A stretch of 64,000 nt of DNA from Alphaproteobacteria bacterium (GCA_965205265.1 CBDBGH010000003.1:288001-352000); one strand, 5' to 3'. Positions 45,218-56,115 are shown, counted from the first letter of the stretch. The notes: generated from the letters alone by a model not told the origin. Program-made: numbers and translations.

Positions 45218-46251
45218 GACCCGGCCTCCCGGACTTCCGAAAGGACGAAATCCACGAGGGCGTCGGCCGCGTCGGGCCTGCCGAACTGCCGTGCTCCCGC
45301 TGCGGCGCGCGCAAGCCGGTCGGGCTCTGCAAGGCAGGCATCCACCAGTTCGCGCAGCCGGTCCGGGGTGAAGTCGCGGTCGGGGAGCAGCCAGCCTCCG
45401 CCTGCCTCGATGACCGCCCGGGCATTGGCGCTCTGGTGGTCGTCGGTCGCATGGGGATAGGGCGCGAAGATGGCGGGCCGGCCGGCAGCCGCGAGTTCCG
45501 CAACGGTGGAGGCTCCCGCGCGTGCGATGACCAGATGCGCTTCGCCGAGCGCGGCCGCCATGTTCTCGATGAAGGGCGCCAGGAATGCCTCGACGCCCTG
45601 CCTGCGATAGGCGGCGCGCGCCGCCTCGAGGTCTTCCGCGCGGCATTGCTGACGGACGACGACCCGGCCGGCAAGGGGACCGAGCGCCTCCGGCAGCACC
45701 TCGGAAAAGATGCGCGCGCCCTGGCTGCCGCCGAAAACCAGGAGCCGCAGGGGCTCGCCGGGCGCGGGGGGTGTATAGGGCCGGCTGCGAAGCGCTGCGA
45801 TCTCCGGCCTGACGGGATTGCCGACCAGGCGGTCTCCGATGCCGGGATAGCTCGCGGCAACCTTGACCCTGCCGCGCGCGAGCAGCCGGTTGGTCCTGCC
45901 GAGGAGCGCGTTCTGTTCGTGCAGCACGGTCGTGAGGCCGAGCCAGCGGGCCGCGAGCACGGTCGGCGCGGAGGGATAGCCGCCGAAGCCGACGACTGCG
46001 GAACTGCGGGTGCTGGCGAGCACCTTGCGGGCGTCGAACACGCCGAGCCCGAGCTGGAGGAGGCCGCGCAGGCTGCGGGGCGCGTCGGCCCGGATGGTAT
46101 GCACCGGCGCATCCCCGGTGAAGGCGGCGCCCCGCCGGTCGGTGACGGCAATGGCCGCTTCGCCGCGGGCGGCAAGGCAGGCGGCGAAGGCGCGCGCGGG
46201 GAAGACATGGCCTCCGGTGCCGCCGGCGGCGATGGCGATGGGGCCGGCCAT
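45214..46251 (-). CDS. murG: Lipid II GlcNAc transferase MurG
   Basis: AGGTGGH, HEQN, GNPVR, GGSQGA, DHQ. Confidence 0.95.
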   Translation of the reverse strand: MAGPIAIAAGGTGGHVFPARAFAACLAARGEAAIAVTDRRGAAFTGDAPVHTIRADAPRSLRGLLQLGLGVFDARKVLASTRSSAVVGFGGYPSAPTVLAARWLGLTTVLHEQNALLGRTNRLLARGRVKVAASYPGIGDRLVGNPVRPEIAALRSRPYTPPAPGEPLRLLVFGGSQGARIFSEVLPEALGPLAGRVVVRQQCRAEDLEAARAAYRRQGVEAFLAPFIENMAAALGEAHLVIARAGASTVAELAAAGRPAIFAPYPHATDDHQSANARAVIEAGGGWLLPDRDFTPDRLRELVDACLAEPDRLARAAAGARQFGRPDAADALVDFVLSEVREAGS

Positions 46252-47375
46252 CACAACACCTCCGCCTGGCCGTCCCGGCGCCGGTTGAGCGCGAGAACGA
46301 AGCCGAGCGTGATCGAGGCAGCGAAGAGCGACGAGCCGCCATAGCTGAGGAAGGGCAGGGTGGTGCCCTTGGTCGGGATGACCTCCAGGGCCGAGGCCAT
46401 GTTGATGAAAGCCTGAAGCCCGAAGCTCGCGAGCAGGCCGGAGACGGCCAGAAGCGCGAACAGGTTTTCCTCCGCCATCAGCCGGAACGCGCCCCGGCAG
46501 ACGATGAGGCCGTAGAGCGCGACCACGGCGAGGCAGACCAGAAGGCCGAACTCCTCGCCCAGCACGGCGAAGATGAAGTCCGCATGGGCGTCCGGCAGGG
46601 TTTCCTTGACGGCGCCCTCGCCGGGTCCCTGGCCGACAAGGCCGCCCTGCTTGAAGGATTCGAGCGACCTGCCGATCTGATAGCGGTCGCTGCCGCTGCC
46701 GTCGAAGAAGGCGTTGACGCGGTTCGAAACGTGGTCGAAGCCGAAATAGGCGACGACTCCGCCCGTTCCGGCCGCCAGGAAGAGGCCGGCCAGCCCCAGT
46801 GCCGGCATGCCCGCCAGCGCGAATTGCCCGAACCAGACCGAAACCACCATGAACGTCATGCCCACATCCGGTTGCAACAGCAGGGCGGCGGAGACGGCGG
46901 CCAAAAGTCCGGCGGCGATTACAAGCGCGCGCGAGCCGACGACGATACGGTAATGAGCGAATAGCCAGGCGGACACCACGGCCATGCCCGGTTTCAGGAA
47001 TTCCGAAGGCTGCAGGCCGATGACGCCGAGCGAGAGCCAGCGCTGGGCGCCCTTGTTCTCCGGCCCGACAAGAGCGGTTACAAGCGTCAGCAGCAGGGCG
47101 CCGGCGCCGACGAGGCAGGCAATCTGGAGCACCTGGACCGGGTTCAGCAGCGCGCAGCCGGCCATGATGCAGATGGCGACCGGCAGGAACAGGGCGTGCT
47201 TGAACAGGAAGTGAAAGCGGTGGTCGCCATTCAACTCGGCAACGGCCGGTCCGGCCGTCGCGATCAGGATGAGGCCGAAAACGATCAGCGCCGCAACGGC
47301 GCCCACCGTCATCCGGTCCACCGTCCAGACCCATTGGGCGGTCCAGCTTCGGTCCGTGCGGGGCAGGAAGCTCAT
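46251..47375 (-). CDS. ftsW: Peptidoglycan polymerase FtsW
   Basis: GAQRW, QPSEFLK, QPDVG, HADFIF, LPFLSYGGSS. Confidence 0.95.
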   Translation of the reverse strand: MSFLPRTDRSWTAQWVWTVDRMTVGAVAALIVFGLILIATAGPAVAELNGDHRFHFLFKHALFLPVAICIMAGCALLNPVQVLQIACLVGAGALLLTLVTALVGPENKGAQRWLSLGVIGLQPSEFLKPGMAVVSAWLFAHYRIVVGSRALVIAAGLLAAVSAALLLQPDVGMTFMVVSVWFGQFALAGMPALGLAGLFLAAGTGGVVAYFGFDHVSNRVNAFFDGSGSDRYQIGRSLESFKQGGLVGQGPGEGAVKETLPDAHADFIFAVLGEEFGLLVCLAVVALYGLIVCRGAFRLMAEENLFALLAVSGLLASFGLQAFINMASALEVIPTKGTTLPFLSYGGSSLFAASITLGFVLALNRRRDGQAEVL

Positions 47376-48631
47376 CCAGCGCCTCCCGCAAGCTCGCGCA
47401 CGCCCTTGCGAAAGGCGTCGCCGCGTGCCTCGAAACTGTCCCACTGGTCGAACGAGGCGGCGGCGGGCGCCAGCAGCACGGTTTCGCCGGGCCGCGCGTC
47501 GCGATGGGCGGCCGCCAGCGCGCTGTCGAGGTCGCCCAGGCGCTCGCATGCGGCATGGCCGGCAAGCGCCTCGGCAAACGGAGCCTCGGACGCGCCGATG
47601 AGATAGGCCTTTGCGATGCGCCCGAACCAGGGGCGGACCGCGTCGAGATTGTCCGTCTTGGCCTGTCCGCCGGCGATCCACCGCACCCGATCGAAACTGG
47701 CGAGCGCAAAGGCCGCCGACTCCGGGTTGGTCGCCTTGCTGTCGTTCACATAGCGGACGCCGGCGACCTCGCCGACGGTTTCCATCCGGTGCGGCAGGCC
47801 CTGGAAACCGTGCATGGCTTCGAGCGCATCCCGGCGATCGATGCCGAGCGCGCCGAGCGCCGCCAGCGCGGCGGCCGCGTTGCGGCGGTTATGGAGGCCG
47901 GGCAGGGCGGGGAGGTCCGGCCCGTCGTCTCCCGTTGCGACGACGGTCCGGCCTTCCGCCCGCAGGCGCTCCGCCAGCCGGCGGCACCAGGGGTCGGATA
48001 CGCCGACGATGGCGGTCGCCCGGTTCATGAAAATACGCGCCTTGTCGGCGGCATAGCCATGCATCCCGCCATGCCGGTCGAGATGGTCCGGAGCGATATT
48101 GAGCAGCACGGCGACGTCGAGGACGGGACGCGCCATCAGCGCGAGCTGGTAGGAGGAGAGCTCAAGCACATAGACGCCGCCCGGCCCGAGCGCCGGCAGC
48201 CCGAGCGCCGCCGGCCCGAGATTGCCGCCGACCGCATGCGGCAGCCCCAGCCTGCCGAGCGCGTGCCCGATCAGGGCCGTCGCCGTCGATTTGCCGTTGG
48301 TGCCGGTGATCCCGACGAAACGGCACTCCGGCATGGCTTCGACGAGCAGGGAGATGTCCGCCTCCGGCCGGACGCGCGCAGCGTCCGCCCTGACCGCAAG
48401 CGGATGCGGCCGCGGGTGGAGATGGGGGATGCCGGGGCTCCAGACCAGCCGATCCAGGCCGGACGGGTCGAAGGCCTGCACATCGCCGAAGTCCCGGCGC
48501 AACTCCTCCCGGTCGTCCCAGAGGCGGAGATGCGCGCCGGCCGCCGCCAGGGCCGCCGCCGCCGCCCGGCCGGACCGTCCGAGCCCCATGACGCCTATCT
48601 CGGCGCCGCGATATGCCGGCAGCGGGATCAT
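47372..48631 (-). CDS. murD: UDP-N-acetylmuramoyl-L-alanine--D-glutamate ligase
   Basis: [36 protein letters not shown]. Confidence 0.95.
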   Translation of the reverse strand: MIPLPAYRGAEIGVMGLGRSGRAAAAALAAAGAHLRLWDDREELRRDFGDVQAFDPSGLDRLVWSPGIPHLHPRPHPLAVRADAARVRPEADISLLVEAMPECRFVGITGTNGKSTATALIGHALGRLGLPHAVGGNLGPAALGLPALGPGGVYVLELSSYQLALMARPVLDVAVLLNIAPDHLDRHGGMHGYAADKARIFMNRATAIVGVSDPWCRRLAERLRAEGRTVVATGDDGPDLPALPGLHNRRNAAAALAALGALGIDRRDALEAMHGFQGLPHRMETVGEVAGVRYVNDSKATNPESAAFALASFDRVRWIAGGQAKTDNLDAVRPWFGRIAKAYLIGASEAPFAEALAGHAACERLGDLDSALAAAHRDARPGETVLLAPAAASFDQWDSFEARGDAFRKGVRELAGGAG

Positions 48632-49716
48632 CGGAGCTTCAATGTCGCGAGGCCGGCGAGTGCGAGCACGACGGCGATGATCCAGAAGCGGATGACGATG
48701 GTCGGCTCCCTCCAGCCCTTCTGCTCGAAGTGGTGGTGCAGCGGCGCCATGCGGAACACGCGCTTGCCGGTGAGCTGGAACGAAGCCACCTGGACAATTA
48801 CCGAGACCGCCTCGAGCACGAAAAGCCCGCCGACGATGGCGAGCACCAGTTCGTGCTTGGTGATGACCGCGACCGATCCGAGCGTGCCGCCGCAGGCGAG
48901 CGAGCCGGTATCGCCCATGAACACCATGGCCGGCGGGGCGTTGTACCAAAGGAAGCCCAGGGAGGCCCCGACCAGCGCGCCCAGCAATACGGAAAGCTCT
49001 CCGGCGCCGGGAACCGGGTGGATCTGCAGATATTCCGCAAACACGGTGTGGCCCGCCAGATAGGCGATGATGCCGAAGCAGCCGGCGGCGATCATGACCG
49101 GCACGATCGCGAGCCCGTCGAGGCCGTCCGTGAGATTGACGGCGTTCGATGCCCCGGTCATTACCAGCACGGCGAAGGGCACGGCGAACCAGCCCAGGTC
49201 GATCACGAGGTCCTTGAACACCGGGATGGCGAGTCCGTAACCGAGCGGCTCGCCGATTATTTCGCCCGCCGCGATGGCCGCCGCCGCGCTCACCGCGATC
49301 TGGACCGCGAGCTTCGTCTTGCCGGGCAGGCCGCGGCTGCTGCGGCGCGCGAGCTTCAGGTAGTCGTCCGCCAGGCCGACAAGGCCGAAGGAGAGCGTCA
49401 CCGCCAGCACGATCCATACATAGGGATTGGCGAGGTCGGCCCAGAGCAGCGTGCTGGCGACGAGGGCCGAGAGGATCAGCGTGCCGCCCATGGTCGGCGT
49501 GCCGCGCTTGGTCTCCAGATGCGATTTCGGACCGTCTTCGCGGATCGGTTGCCCTTCGGCCTGTCGGGCGCGCAGCCAGGCGATCATGCCCGGCGCGAGC
49601 ATGAAGCTCAGCGCAAGCGCGGTCAGCGTCGCAGCCCCGGACCGGAAGGTGATGTAGCGGAACAGGTTGAAAAGCTGGAAGTCTTCGGCCAGTGGCGTGA
49701 GGAGGTTGTAAAGCAT
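48628..49716 (-). CDS. mraY: Phospho-N-acetylmuramoyl-pentapeptide transferase
   Basis: [29 protein letters not shown]. Confidence 0.97.
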   Translation of the reverse strand: MLYNLLTPLAEDFQLFNLFRYITFRSGAATLTALALSFMLAPGMIAWLRARQAEGQPIREDGPKSHLETKRGTPTMGGTLILSALVASTLLWADLANPYVWIVLAVTLSFGLVGLADDYLKLARRSSRGLPGKTKLAVQIAVSAAAAIAAGEIIGEPLGYGLAIPVFKDLVIDLGWFAVPFAVLVMTGASNAVNLTDGLDGLAIVPVMIAAGCFGIIAYLAGHTVFAEYLQIHPVPGAGELSVLLGALVGASLGFLWYNAPPAMVFMGDTGSLACGGTLGSVAVITKHELVLAIVGGLFVLEAVSVIVQVASFQLTGKRVFRMAPLHHHFEQKGWREPTIVIRFWIIAVVLALAGLATLKLR

Positions 49717-49722
49717 GGCCGC

Positions 49723-51090
49723 TCAACCTTCTGCCCCTGCACGACGCTCCAGCGCCTCGATCACGGCCTTCATGCCCATGCCGAGCGAGCCCTTGACGAG
49801 CACGATGTCGCCTGGCGCCACCGCGTCCGCGACCAGGGGGGCGAGGGCTTCGGCATCGGGACGGTGCGCGCCGCCCCGAGCGCGCGGCAGGCGGTCGAAC
49901 AGCCGGCGCATCTCGGGCCCGGCGGCGAAGACCAGATCGACCCCGGCCTTCTCGAGCGGCGCTGCGAGTTCGGCATGGGCAGGGCCCGCATCCGCGCCCA
50001 GCTCCAGCATGTCGCCCAGAACCGCGATCCGCCGCCCGCCGGGTCCGGGCTCGGCGAGGCCGAGCACGTCGAAGGCGGCGTCCATTGCGGCGGGGCTCGC
50101 ATTGTAGCTCTCGTCGATCAGCGTCCAGCCGCCCATATCCCTCCGCGCGCCGCGGCCGGCGGGCGGATGGAACGCCGCCAGGACTTCGAGGTCCGGCTCG
50201 ACGCCGAACGTGTCGAGTGTGAGCAGCACGCCGAGCGCGTTGAGCGCCCAATGCGCGCCCGGCGCGCCCAACCGGAACTCGAACCGCCGGCCCCGGATTT
50301 CGGCGGCGACATCGCTGCCGGCGGCGTCGAGCGAGGCGCCCAGCAACACTGCATCGCCCGCCCGCCGGGAGAACCGCAGGATCTCGGCGCCGGCGCGTTC
50401 GGCCGCGGCTTCGAGGCGTTCGATATGCGGCGTATCGGCATTGAGCACGGCGCCGCCGCCCGGCTCCAGGCCCGCGAATATCTCCGCCTTGGCGTCGGCG
50501 ACCTCGGAAAGGTTGGCGAAAAACACCGTGTGTGCAGGCGCGATGGCGGTCACCAGCGCCGCATGCGGACGGACCAGGCGGGAGAGGGGCGCGATTTCGC
50601 CCGCATGGTTCATGCCAAGCTCGAAGACGGCGAAGGCCGCCTCGCGCGGCAGGCGGGCGAGGGAGAGCGGGGCGCCCCACTCGTTATTGAGATTGCCCCG
50701 GCTGGCTTCCGTGCGCCCGGCGCGGGAGAGCAGATGGAAGAGCAGGTCCTTGCAGCCCGTCTTGCCGACGCTGCCGGTGATCGCCGCAATGCGCGCCGTC
50801 GACCGGGCGCGCGCGGCGCGGGCGAGGGCATACAGGCCCGCGCGCGTGTCCAGGACATGGAGCGAAGGCACGTCCCTGCCGCATTCCCGGCTCACCATCG
50901 CCGCCGCCGCCCCGCCTTCCAGCGCCTGGCCGACGAAGCAGTGCCCGTCATGGTTCGGCCCGGCAACAGCCACGAAAAGGTCGCCGGCCGAAATCGTGCG
51001 GCTGTCGATGGCGACGCCCGAGGCCTCCCAGCCGCCCTGCGGCGCACCTCCGGTGGCGGCGGCGGCTTCGCTGGCGGTCCAGAGCGTCAT
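49723..51090 (-). CDS. murF: UDP-N-acetylmuramoyl-tripeptide--D-Ala-D-Ala ligase
   Basis: TGSVGKT, ELGMNHAGEI, DESYNASP, LGDMLELG. Confidence 0.95.
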   Translation of the reverse strand: MTLWTASEAAAATGGAPQGGWEASGVAIDSRTISAGDLFVAVAGPNHDGHCFVGQALEGGAAAAMVSRECGRDVPSLHVLDTRAGLYALARAARARSTARIAAITGSVGKTGCKDLLFHLLSRAGRTEASRGNLNNEWGAPLSLARLPREAAFAVFELGMNHAGEIAPLSRLVRPHAALVTAIAPAHTVFFANLSEVADAKAEIFAGLEPGGGAVLNADTPHIERLEAAAERAGAEILRFSRRAGDAVLLGASLDAAGSDVAAEIRGRRFEFRLGAPGAHWALNALGVLLTLDTFGVEPDLEVLAAFHPPAGRGARRDMGGWTLIDESYNASPAAMDAAFDVLGLAEPGPGGRRIAVLGDMLELGADAGPAHAELAAPLEKAGVDLVFAAGPEMRRLFDRLPRARGGAHRPDAEALAPLVADAVAPGDIVLVKGSLGMGMKAVIEALERRAGAEG

Positions 51091-52529
51091 GCCGCCTGCT
51101 CCGCCAGTTGCCGCGCCACGGCCCGGTCGTCGAACGGATGAACCTCGGCGCCGACGGTCTGGCTCGTTTCGTGTCCCTTTCCGGCGATCAGCAGGGCGTC
51201 CCCGGGGCCGGCCTCCTCCATCCCTGCGGCTATGGCCGCCTTCCGGTCGCCGATTTCCATTGCGCCGGGGCAGGCGGCGAGAATTGCGGCCCTGATCGCC
51301 GCCGGGTCTTCGGTGCGCGGGTTGTCGTCGGTGACGATGATCCGGTCGGCCAGCCGCTCCGCCACGGCGCCCATTTCCGGCCGCTTGCCGGCATCGCGGT
51401 CGCCGCCGGCGCCGAAGACCAGCACGAGGCGGCCGCGCACGAAGGGACGGAGCGCCTCGAGCACTGCGGCGAGCGCCCCCGGCTTGTGGGCGTAATCCAC
51501 ATAGACCGGCGCGCCCGAAAAGGCGTGCGCCGCGAGTTCGAGACGGCCGCGAACGCCGCGCAGCCCCTCCAGGCAGGCGACGACCGAATGAGGGTCTTCG
51601 CGTTCGCCCGCAACGGCTCCAAGCGCCGCGAGCGCGTTTTCCGCCTGGAACGCGCCGATGAAGGGCACGCGCACGCGGTGGCGGCGGCCGAGGAAACGGA
51701 ACGCCGCAATCTGTCCCTGTTCGGCGGGTTCGAGCTGCTCGATCGCGATCTCCAGCCCCGGTCCCGCTCGTCCGAAGCGCCAGACCCTGTGCCCGGCGGC
51801 GTGCGCCGCCTCGCCGGCCGCCTCGCCGGCGGGGTCGTCCGCATTGACCACGGCGAGACCGCCCGGCGGCATGACCCGGCGGAACAGGCCGAGCTTGGCC
51901 TCAAGATAGCTCTCGAAGTCCGGATGGTAGTCGAGGTGGTCGCGCGAGAGATTGGTGAACACGCCGGTCGAGACCTTCACGCCGTCGAGGCGGTGCTGGT
52001 CGAGGCCGTGACTGGACGCCTCAAGCGCTACCCGGTCGATGCCGGCTTCCGCCAGCCGGGCGAGGTCGCGGTGCAGTTCGACGGGGTCGGGCGTGGTGAG
52101 CGCGCCTGCGCGGCAATGTCCCGGCGCGACAAGGCCGAGAGTGCCGAGACTGGCCGCCGGCAGCCCGAGCAGGCGCCACAATTGGCGGATGAAGTCCACC
52201 ACCGAGGTCTTGCCGCTGGTGCCGGTGACGGCGGCGACCCTTGCCGGCTGCATCCCGAAAAACCGCGCCGCCAGCCTGGCGAACAACCGGCGCGGGGCCT
52301 CGTCCAGAATGACCGCGACGCCGGCCGGCAACGAATCGACGGCCGTGCCGACAGGCGCGAGTATTGCCCTGGCGCCCTTGGCAAGGGCATCCGGGATGAA
52401 GGTCCGGCCGTCCGCATTGGCGCCGGGAACGGCCAGGAACAGGTATCCCGGGCGGACTTTGCGGGAGTCGGCGGTCATGCCGCAGATGCCGAGCGCATCG
52501 AGATCGATCCGGCACCCGGCAGCGGACAT
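51087..52529 (-). CDS. murE: UDP-N-acetylmuramoyl-dipeptide--mDAP ligase
   Basis: TGTSGKTS, EASSHGLDQ, DYAHKP, DNPR (mDAP-type), AGKGHE. Confidence 0.95.
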   Translation of the reverse strand: MSAAGCRIDLDALGICGMTADSRKVRPGYLFLAVPGANADGRTFIPDALAKGARAILAPVGTAVDSLPAGVAVILDEAPRRLFARLAARFFGMQPARVAAVTGTSGKTSVVDFIRQLWRLLGLPAASLGTLGLVAPGHCRAGALTTPDPVELHRDLARLAEAGIDRVALEASSHGLDQHRLDGVKVSTGVFTNLSRDHLDYHPDFESYLEAKLGLFRRVMPPGGLAVVNADDPAGEAAGEAAHAAGHRVWRFGRAGPGLEIAIEQLEPAEQGQIAAFRFLGRRHRVRVPFIGAFQAENALAALGAVAGEREDPHSVVACLEGLRGVRGRLELAAHAFSGAPVYVDYAHKPGALAAVLEALRPFVRGRLVLVFGAGGDRDAGKRPEMGAVAERLADRIIVTDDNPRTEDPAAIRAAILAACPGAMEIGDRKAAIAAGMEEAGPGDALLIAGKGHETSQTVGAEVHPFDDRAVARQLAEQAA

Positions 52530-54202
52530 CAGGCTTCCTCGTCCAGGAACAGCTGCGACAGAAGCCGGTCCGGGACGACGCGTTGCATCCACGCATCCGA
52601 ATCCGGACCGGCCGCCGGCACGCCGAGAATCGATCCGATGCGCGGGATCACGGCTTCTGCCACCGGAACGGCATTCCAGGCAGCGGTCGCGAAACCGCGG
52701 GACCCCTCGGCTGCCTTCGGCTCGTCGAGCATGACGATGACCGCAAAGCGCGGGTCGGCGATGGGGAAGACGCCGACAAAGGAGTTCAGCCGCTTGTTGC
52801 TGTCATAGCGGCCGTTCACCACCTTTTCGGCCGTACCGGTCTTGCCGCCGACGGGATAAGCGGCGTTATCCGCCCGGGACCCGGTTCCGCGCAACACGGC
52901 CTGGCGCATCGTCCAGCGTATCTTGTCGGAGGTCTCGGAAGAAAAGACTCTCCGGGCCGTCGGCGGCATGGTGCGCCTCAGCAGGGTTACCGGCACCGCC
53001 ACCCCGTCATTCGCCAGCGCGCCGATGGCCGATGCGGTCTGGAGCGGGCTCACGGAAAGACCGTGGCCGAAACCGACCGTCATCGTCGTCAGCGGATGCC
53101 AGGTTCGCGGCACGATCGGATGGCCGACTTCCGGCAATTCCAGCGCCGGGCGGCTCAGGAGGCCCAGCCTGTCCAGATAGTGCCTGAAGGTTTCCGCTCC
53201 GATTTTCTCGGCAATCCGCGCGGCGCCGATATTGGACGAGTGGACGACGACCTCGGCGGCCGAAAGCACGCGGTTCTGGCCGCGATAGTCGCCGATCCTG
53301 TGACCGAACGCCCTGATGGGCGCGGTTGCATCGAAGCGGCTGGTCAGGCGCGAAATGCCCCGGTCCAGCGCCGTGGCGAGTGTGAGAAGCTTGAATGTCG
53401 AACCCATTTCGGCAACCAGAAGCGAGGCCCGGTTGGCCCGCGCTTCGTCAATCTTTGCCTGCCGATTGGGGTCGAAATCGGGCAACGAAACCATCGCCAG
53501 CACTTCGCCGGTGCGGATGTCGAGCGCCAGGCCGGCCCCCCCAATGGCGGAGAAACGGTCAACCGCCCGCGCCAACTCCTCACGGATGACGTGCTGGATG
53601 CGGATATCGATGGAGAGCTGCACGCTCTGCGTCGGGTCGGAGAGAATCTCGTTAAAGCGCTTCTCCGCGCCGGCATTGCCGACAAGGCCGCCATCGCTCG
53701 GCTTGGTGCGTCCGAGCACATGGGCCACGAGACGCCCATGGGGGTAGATGCGCATGTCCTCGGACCTGAAGCCGATGCCCGGGAGGCCGAGGTCCAGCAT
53801 CGCCTTCTGGTCCCGCGGGGTCAGGCGCCTTGCGACGAAGACGAACTTCCGCCTGAGCGACAGGCGTTGGCGCGCTTCCTCGAAACTGAGCCAGGGCAAG
53901 GCGGCCGAAAGCTGTGTGGCCACTGCCTCGACATCGTCGATCTCCGGCGGCCAGGCCACCAGCGCGCGCGACACGACGCTGGTGGCGAGCAGTTGTCCGT
54001 TGCGGTCCAGGATGTCGCCGCGTTCCACCGGATGTTGCGAGGCAGCCGTCCGGGCGGGCGGCGGGCGTTCCTCAGCCAGAATGCCGAGTTCGACAAGCTT
54101 GATCGACAGGACGACGAGGCTTGCAAGGAAGGCGAGCACGCCGACTGCAAGACGGGTGCGGGCCAGCGCGAGAGCCGGCGCCGCCGAACGATGCAGGCTC
54201 AT
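52529..54202 (-). CDS. ftsI: Penicillin-binding protein 3 (FtsI)
   Basis: RGDILDRNG, GSTFK (SxxK), SSN, KTGT. Confidence 0.94.
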   Translation of the reverse strand: MSLHRSAAPALALARTRLAVGVLAFLASLVVLSIKLVELGILAEERPPPARTAASQHPVERGDILDRNGQLLATSVVSRALVAWPPEIDDVEAVATQLSAALPWLSFEEARQRLSLRRKFVFVARRLTPRDQKAMLDLGLPGIGFRSEDMRIYPHGRLVAHVLGRTKPSDGGLVGNAGAEKRFNEILSDPTQSVQLSIDIRIQHVIREELARAVDRFSAIGGAGLALDIRTGEVLAMVSLPDFDPNRQAKIDEARANRASLLVAEMGSTFKLLTLATALDRGISRLTSRFDATAPIRAFGHRIGDYRGQNRVLSAAEVVVHSSNIGAARIAEKIGAETFRHYLDRLGLLSRPALELPEVGHPIVPRTWHPLTTMTVGFGHGLSVSPLQTASAIGALANDGVAVPVTLLRRTMPPTARRVFSSETSDKIRWTMRQAVLRGTGSRADNAAYPVGGKTGTAEKVVNGRYDSNKRLNSFVGVFPIADPRFAVIVMLDEPKAAEGSRGFATAAWNAVPVAEAVIPRIGSILGVPAAGPDSDAWMQRVVPDRLLSQLFLDEEA

Positions 54203-54600
54203 TGCCGGCCTCCCGTCCCGGTGGCGAAAGACAGGCGGGACGACTGCTCCGTCGGGAGTCCGGAGTTGGGATCGCCGTCCCGCCCGGCGCGCACCCCGGT
54301 CAGAGGCGGTTCGGGAGAGCTGGCCGGGCGAGTCGGGAGGAAACTCGGCCGGTGAAGCTGATCCGCCTCGATGGGGACAAGGCCCAGGGCGCGCGCATTC
54401 TGGAATTCGAGGGTTTGCGGTTGCGTGAGGAAAGCGAGCTCGCTGCGCAATACCTGGATACGCTCGCGCTCGGCGAGTACCAGGCGGTTGAGTTCGGCAA
54501 GCTTGTCCTTGCGGTCTTGAACGTGGTCGCCGACGGCGAACAGGCCGGCCGCCATGGCCCCTGCGCCGATGCACCAGAAGAATGTCGTCCTGGCGCTCAT
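54199..54600 (-). CDS. ftsL: Cell division protein FtsL
   Basis: TM segment plus coiled coil (LRSELAFLTQP); located between rsmH and ftsI. Confidence 0.75.
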   Translation of the reverse strand: MSARTTFFWCIGAGAMAAGLFAVGDHVQDRKDKLAELNRLVLAERERIQVLRSELAFLTQPQTLEFQNARALGLVPIEADQLHRPSFLPTRPASSPEPPLTGVRAGRDGDPNSGLPTEQSSRLSFATGTGGRQ

Positions 54601-55523
54601 GCCGCGAGTCTCTCGGCGGCGCGCATCCGGGCGGACCGCGCACGGGGATTGTCGGCGACTTCGGCGGCGCCGGGGCTTACGGCGCGCCGGTGCAGAAGCC
54701 GGAAGGACGCCGGCGCAGGCGGGGATTGCGGCGGGCGGTGGCGGGAAGGTCCCGGAAGCGCGCCGCTGCGCTCGCGCAGGAAGCGCTTCACGGCGCGGTC
54801 CTCCAGCGAGTGGAAGGAAACCACGGCAAGCCGCCCGCCCGGCGCCAGCAGCCTTTCGGCGGCCGCGAGACCGCGGTCTAGTTCCCCGAGCTCGTCATTG
54901 ACGGCGATCCGCAGCGCCTGGAAGGTCCGGGTCGCCGGATGAATGCGTCCGTCGGCCGGCACGACGCGCGCGACAATGGCGGCGAGGCGGTCCGTGGTGC
55001 GGATTGGCGCTTCGCTCCGCGCGGAGGCGATCGCGCGCGCCACCCGGCGGGCGCGCGGCTCCTCGCCATAGCGGCGGATGAGGTCGGCCAGGCGGCCCTC
55101 ATCCAGACCGGCGACAAGATCGGCCGCGCTTGGGCCTTCGCCGCTCATCCGCATGTCGAGCGGGCCGGACGCGAAGGAAAAGCCTCTTGCCGGATCGTCG
55201 AGCTGCGCGGAGGACACGCCGAGATCGAACGCGATGCCGTCCGCCGGTGCGAACGCTTCGTCGGCGGCGATGCCCTCCATCTCGGAGAAACGGGCCCGGC
55301 GGAAGCGGAAACGGTCTCCGCAGTCCCGGCCGAGCGCGGCGGCGGCGCCTTCCGCCGCCGGATCGCAGTCGATGGCGAGCACGCGGCAAGGGGCCGAAGC
55401 CAGCAGCGCGCGCGAATAGCCGCCGCGGCCGAAAGTAGCGTCCACATAGCGCCCGCCGGCTCGCGGCCCGATGGCGGCAACCACCTCCGAGGCCATGACC
55501 GGGATGTGCCCGCGGGCGGTCAC
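54597..55523 (-). CDS. rsmH: 16S rRNA m4C1402 methyltransferase RsmH (MraW)
   Basis: HIPVM, DATFGRGG, DLGVSS, FQALRIAVN, FHSLEDR, NPRARSA. Confidence 0.96.
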   Translation of the reverse strand: MTARGHIPVMASEVVAAIGPRAGGRYVDATFGRGGYSRALLASAPCRVLAIDCDPAAEGAAAALGRDCGDRFRFRRARFSEMEGIAADEAFAPADGIAFDLGVSSAQLDDPARGFSFASGPLDMRMSGEGPSAADLVAGLDEGRLADLIRRYGEEPRARRVARAIASARSEAPIRTTDRLAAIVARVVPADGRIHPATRTFQALRIAVNDELGELDRGLAAAERLLAPGGRLAVVSFHSLEDRAVKRFLRERSGALPGPSRHRPPQSPPAPASFRLLHRRAVSPGAAEVADNPRARSARMRAAERLAA

Positions 55524-56029
55524 GACCCGGACTCCGACTGGAGGAACCCGCCGAAGCGGATCATGGCCTTGATGTCGTCGTCGAGAGCCGAGGTTACGTC
55601 GCCGACCCACTTGTCATGGGCCGCCGGCTTCCAGATCTCGATAATGCCGACATTGCCGATGAAGCGGACTTCGTTTTCGATATCGCAGGCCTGACGGAAA
55701 TCCTGCGGAAGCAGCAGGCGGCCCTGCCCGTCGATTTGCGCGTCGCGTGAGACGCCGACAAAAAGACTGGCGATCTGTCCGGAGTCGATCGGCTTGCCGT
55801 TTCGGTCTTTGGCCTTCTTGAGTTTCTTATGGATATGTTTAGCCCAATTCTGTAAGTATCTCTCTTCACAGAAAAAGATGGCGTTGCGGTCGTCGAACAC
55901 GGGCGCGGCCAGCAAGCGCATTTCGGCATCCTGGGGAATCGCGCGCCGATGAGCAGCCGGTACAATGACCCGCCCTTTGGCATCCAGTTTTGCGTCGTAT
56001 TGGCCCGAGACCCGCACCGGAGACGCCAC
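55520..56029 (-). CDS. mraZ: Transcriptional regulator MraZ (divergent)
   Basis: Two DxxGR motifs (LDAKGRVIVP, IDGQGRLLLP), IEIW; first gene of the dcw cluster. Confidence 0.85.
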   Translation of the reverse strand: MASPVRVSGQYDAKLDAKGRVIVPAAHRRAIPQDAEMRLLAAPVFDDRNAIFFCEERYLQNWAKHIHKKLKKAKDRNGKPIDSGQIASLFVGVSRDAQIDGQGRLLLPQDFRQACDIENEVRFIGNVGIIEIWKPAAHDKWVGDVTSALDDDIKAMIRFGGFLQSESGS

Positions 56030-56066
56030 CTTTCGTGTTTTAGGCGAGGGACGCTGCCCCTTTCTG

Positions 56067-56115
56067 CCACCACACTACCACTTATATCCACTTTCCTCCC
56101 ACTTCGCCACCACTT
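56067..56115 (-). promoter_or_regulatory. MraZ-binding repeat array (dcw box)
   Basis: CCACTT (AAGTGG on minus) at 56078, 56088, 56099 and 56110, plus CCAC at 56067; 10-11 bp period just upstream of mraZ. Confidence 0.8.

Noticed and set aside
43832-47709. 836-aa and 831-aa ORFs suggesting MurG-MurC or FtsW-MurG fusions
   Set aside because: The N-terminal extensions are alternative frames over the upstream genes; normal coupled starts exist at 45217 and 46251
47372-50680. 1102-aa ORF suggesting a fusion ending in MurD
   Set aside because: The upstream part is an off-frame reading of murF and mraY; MurD starts at 48631 overlapping the mraY stop
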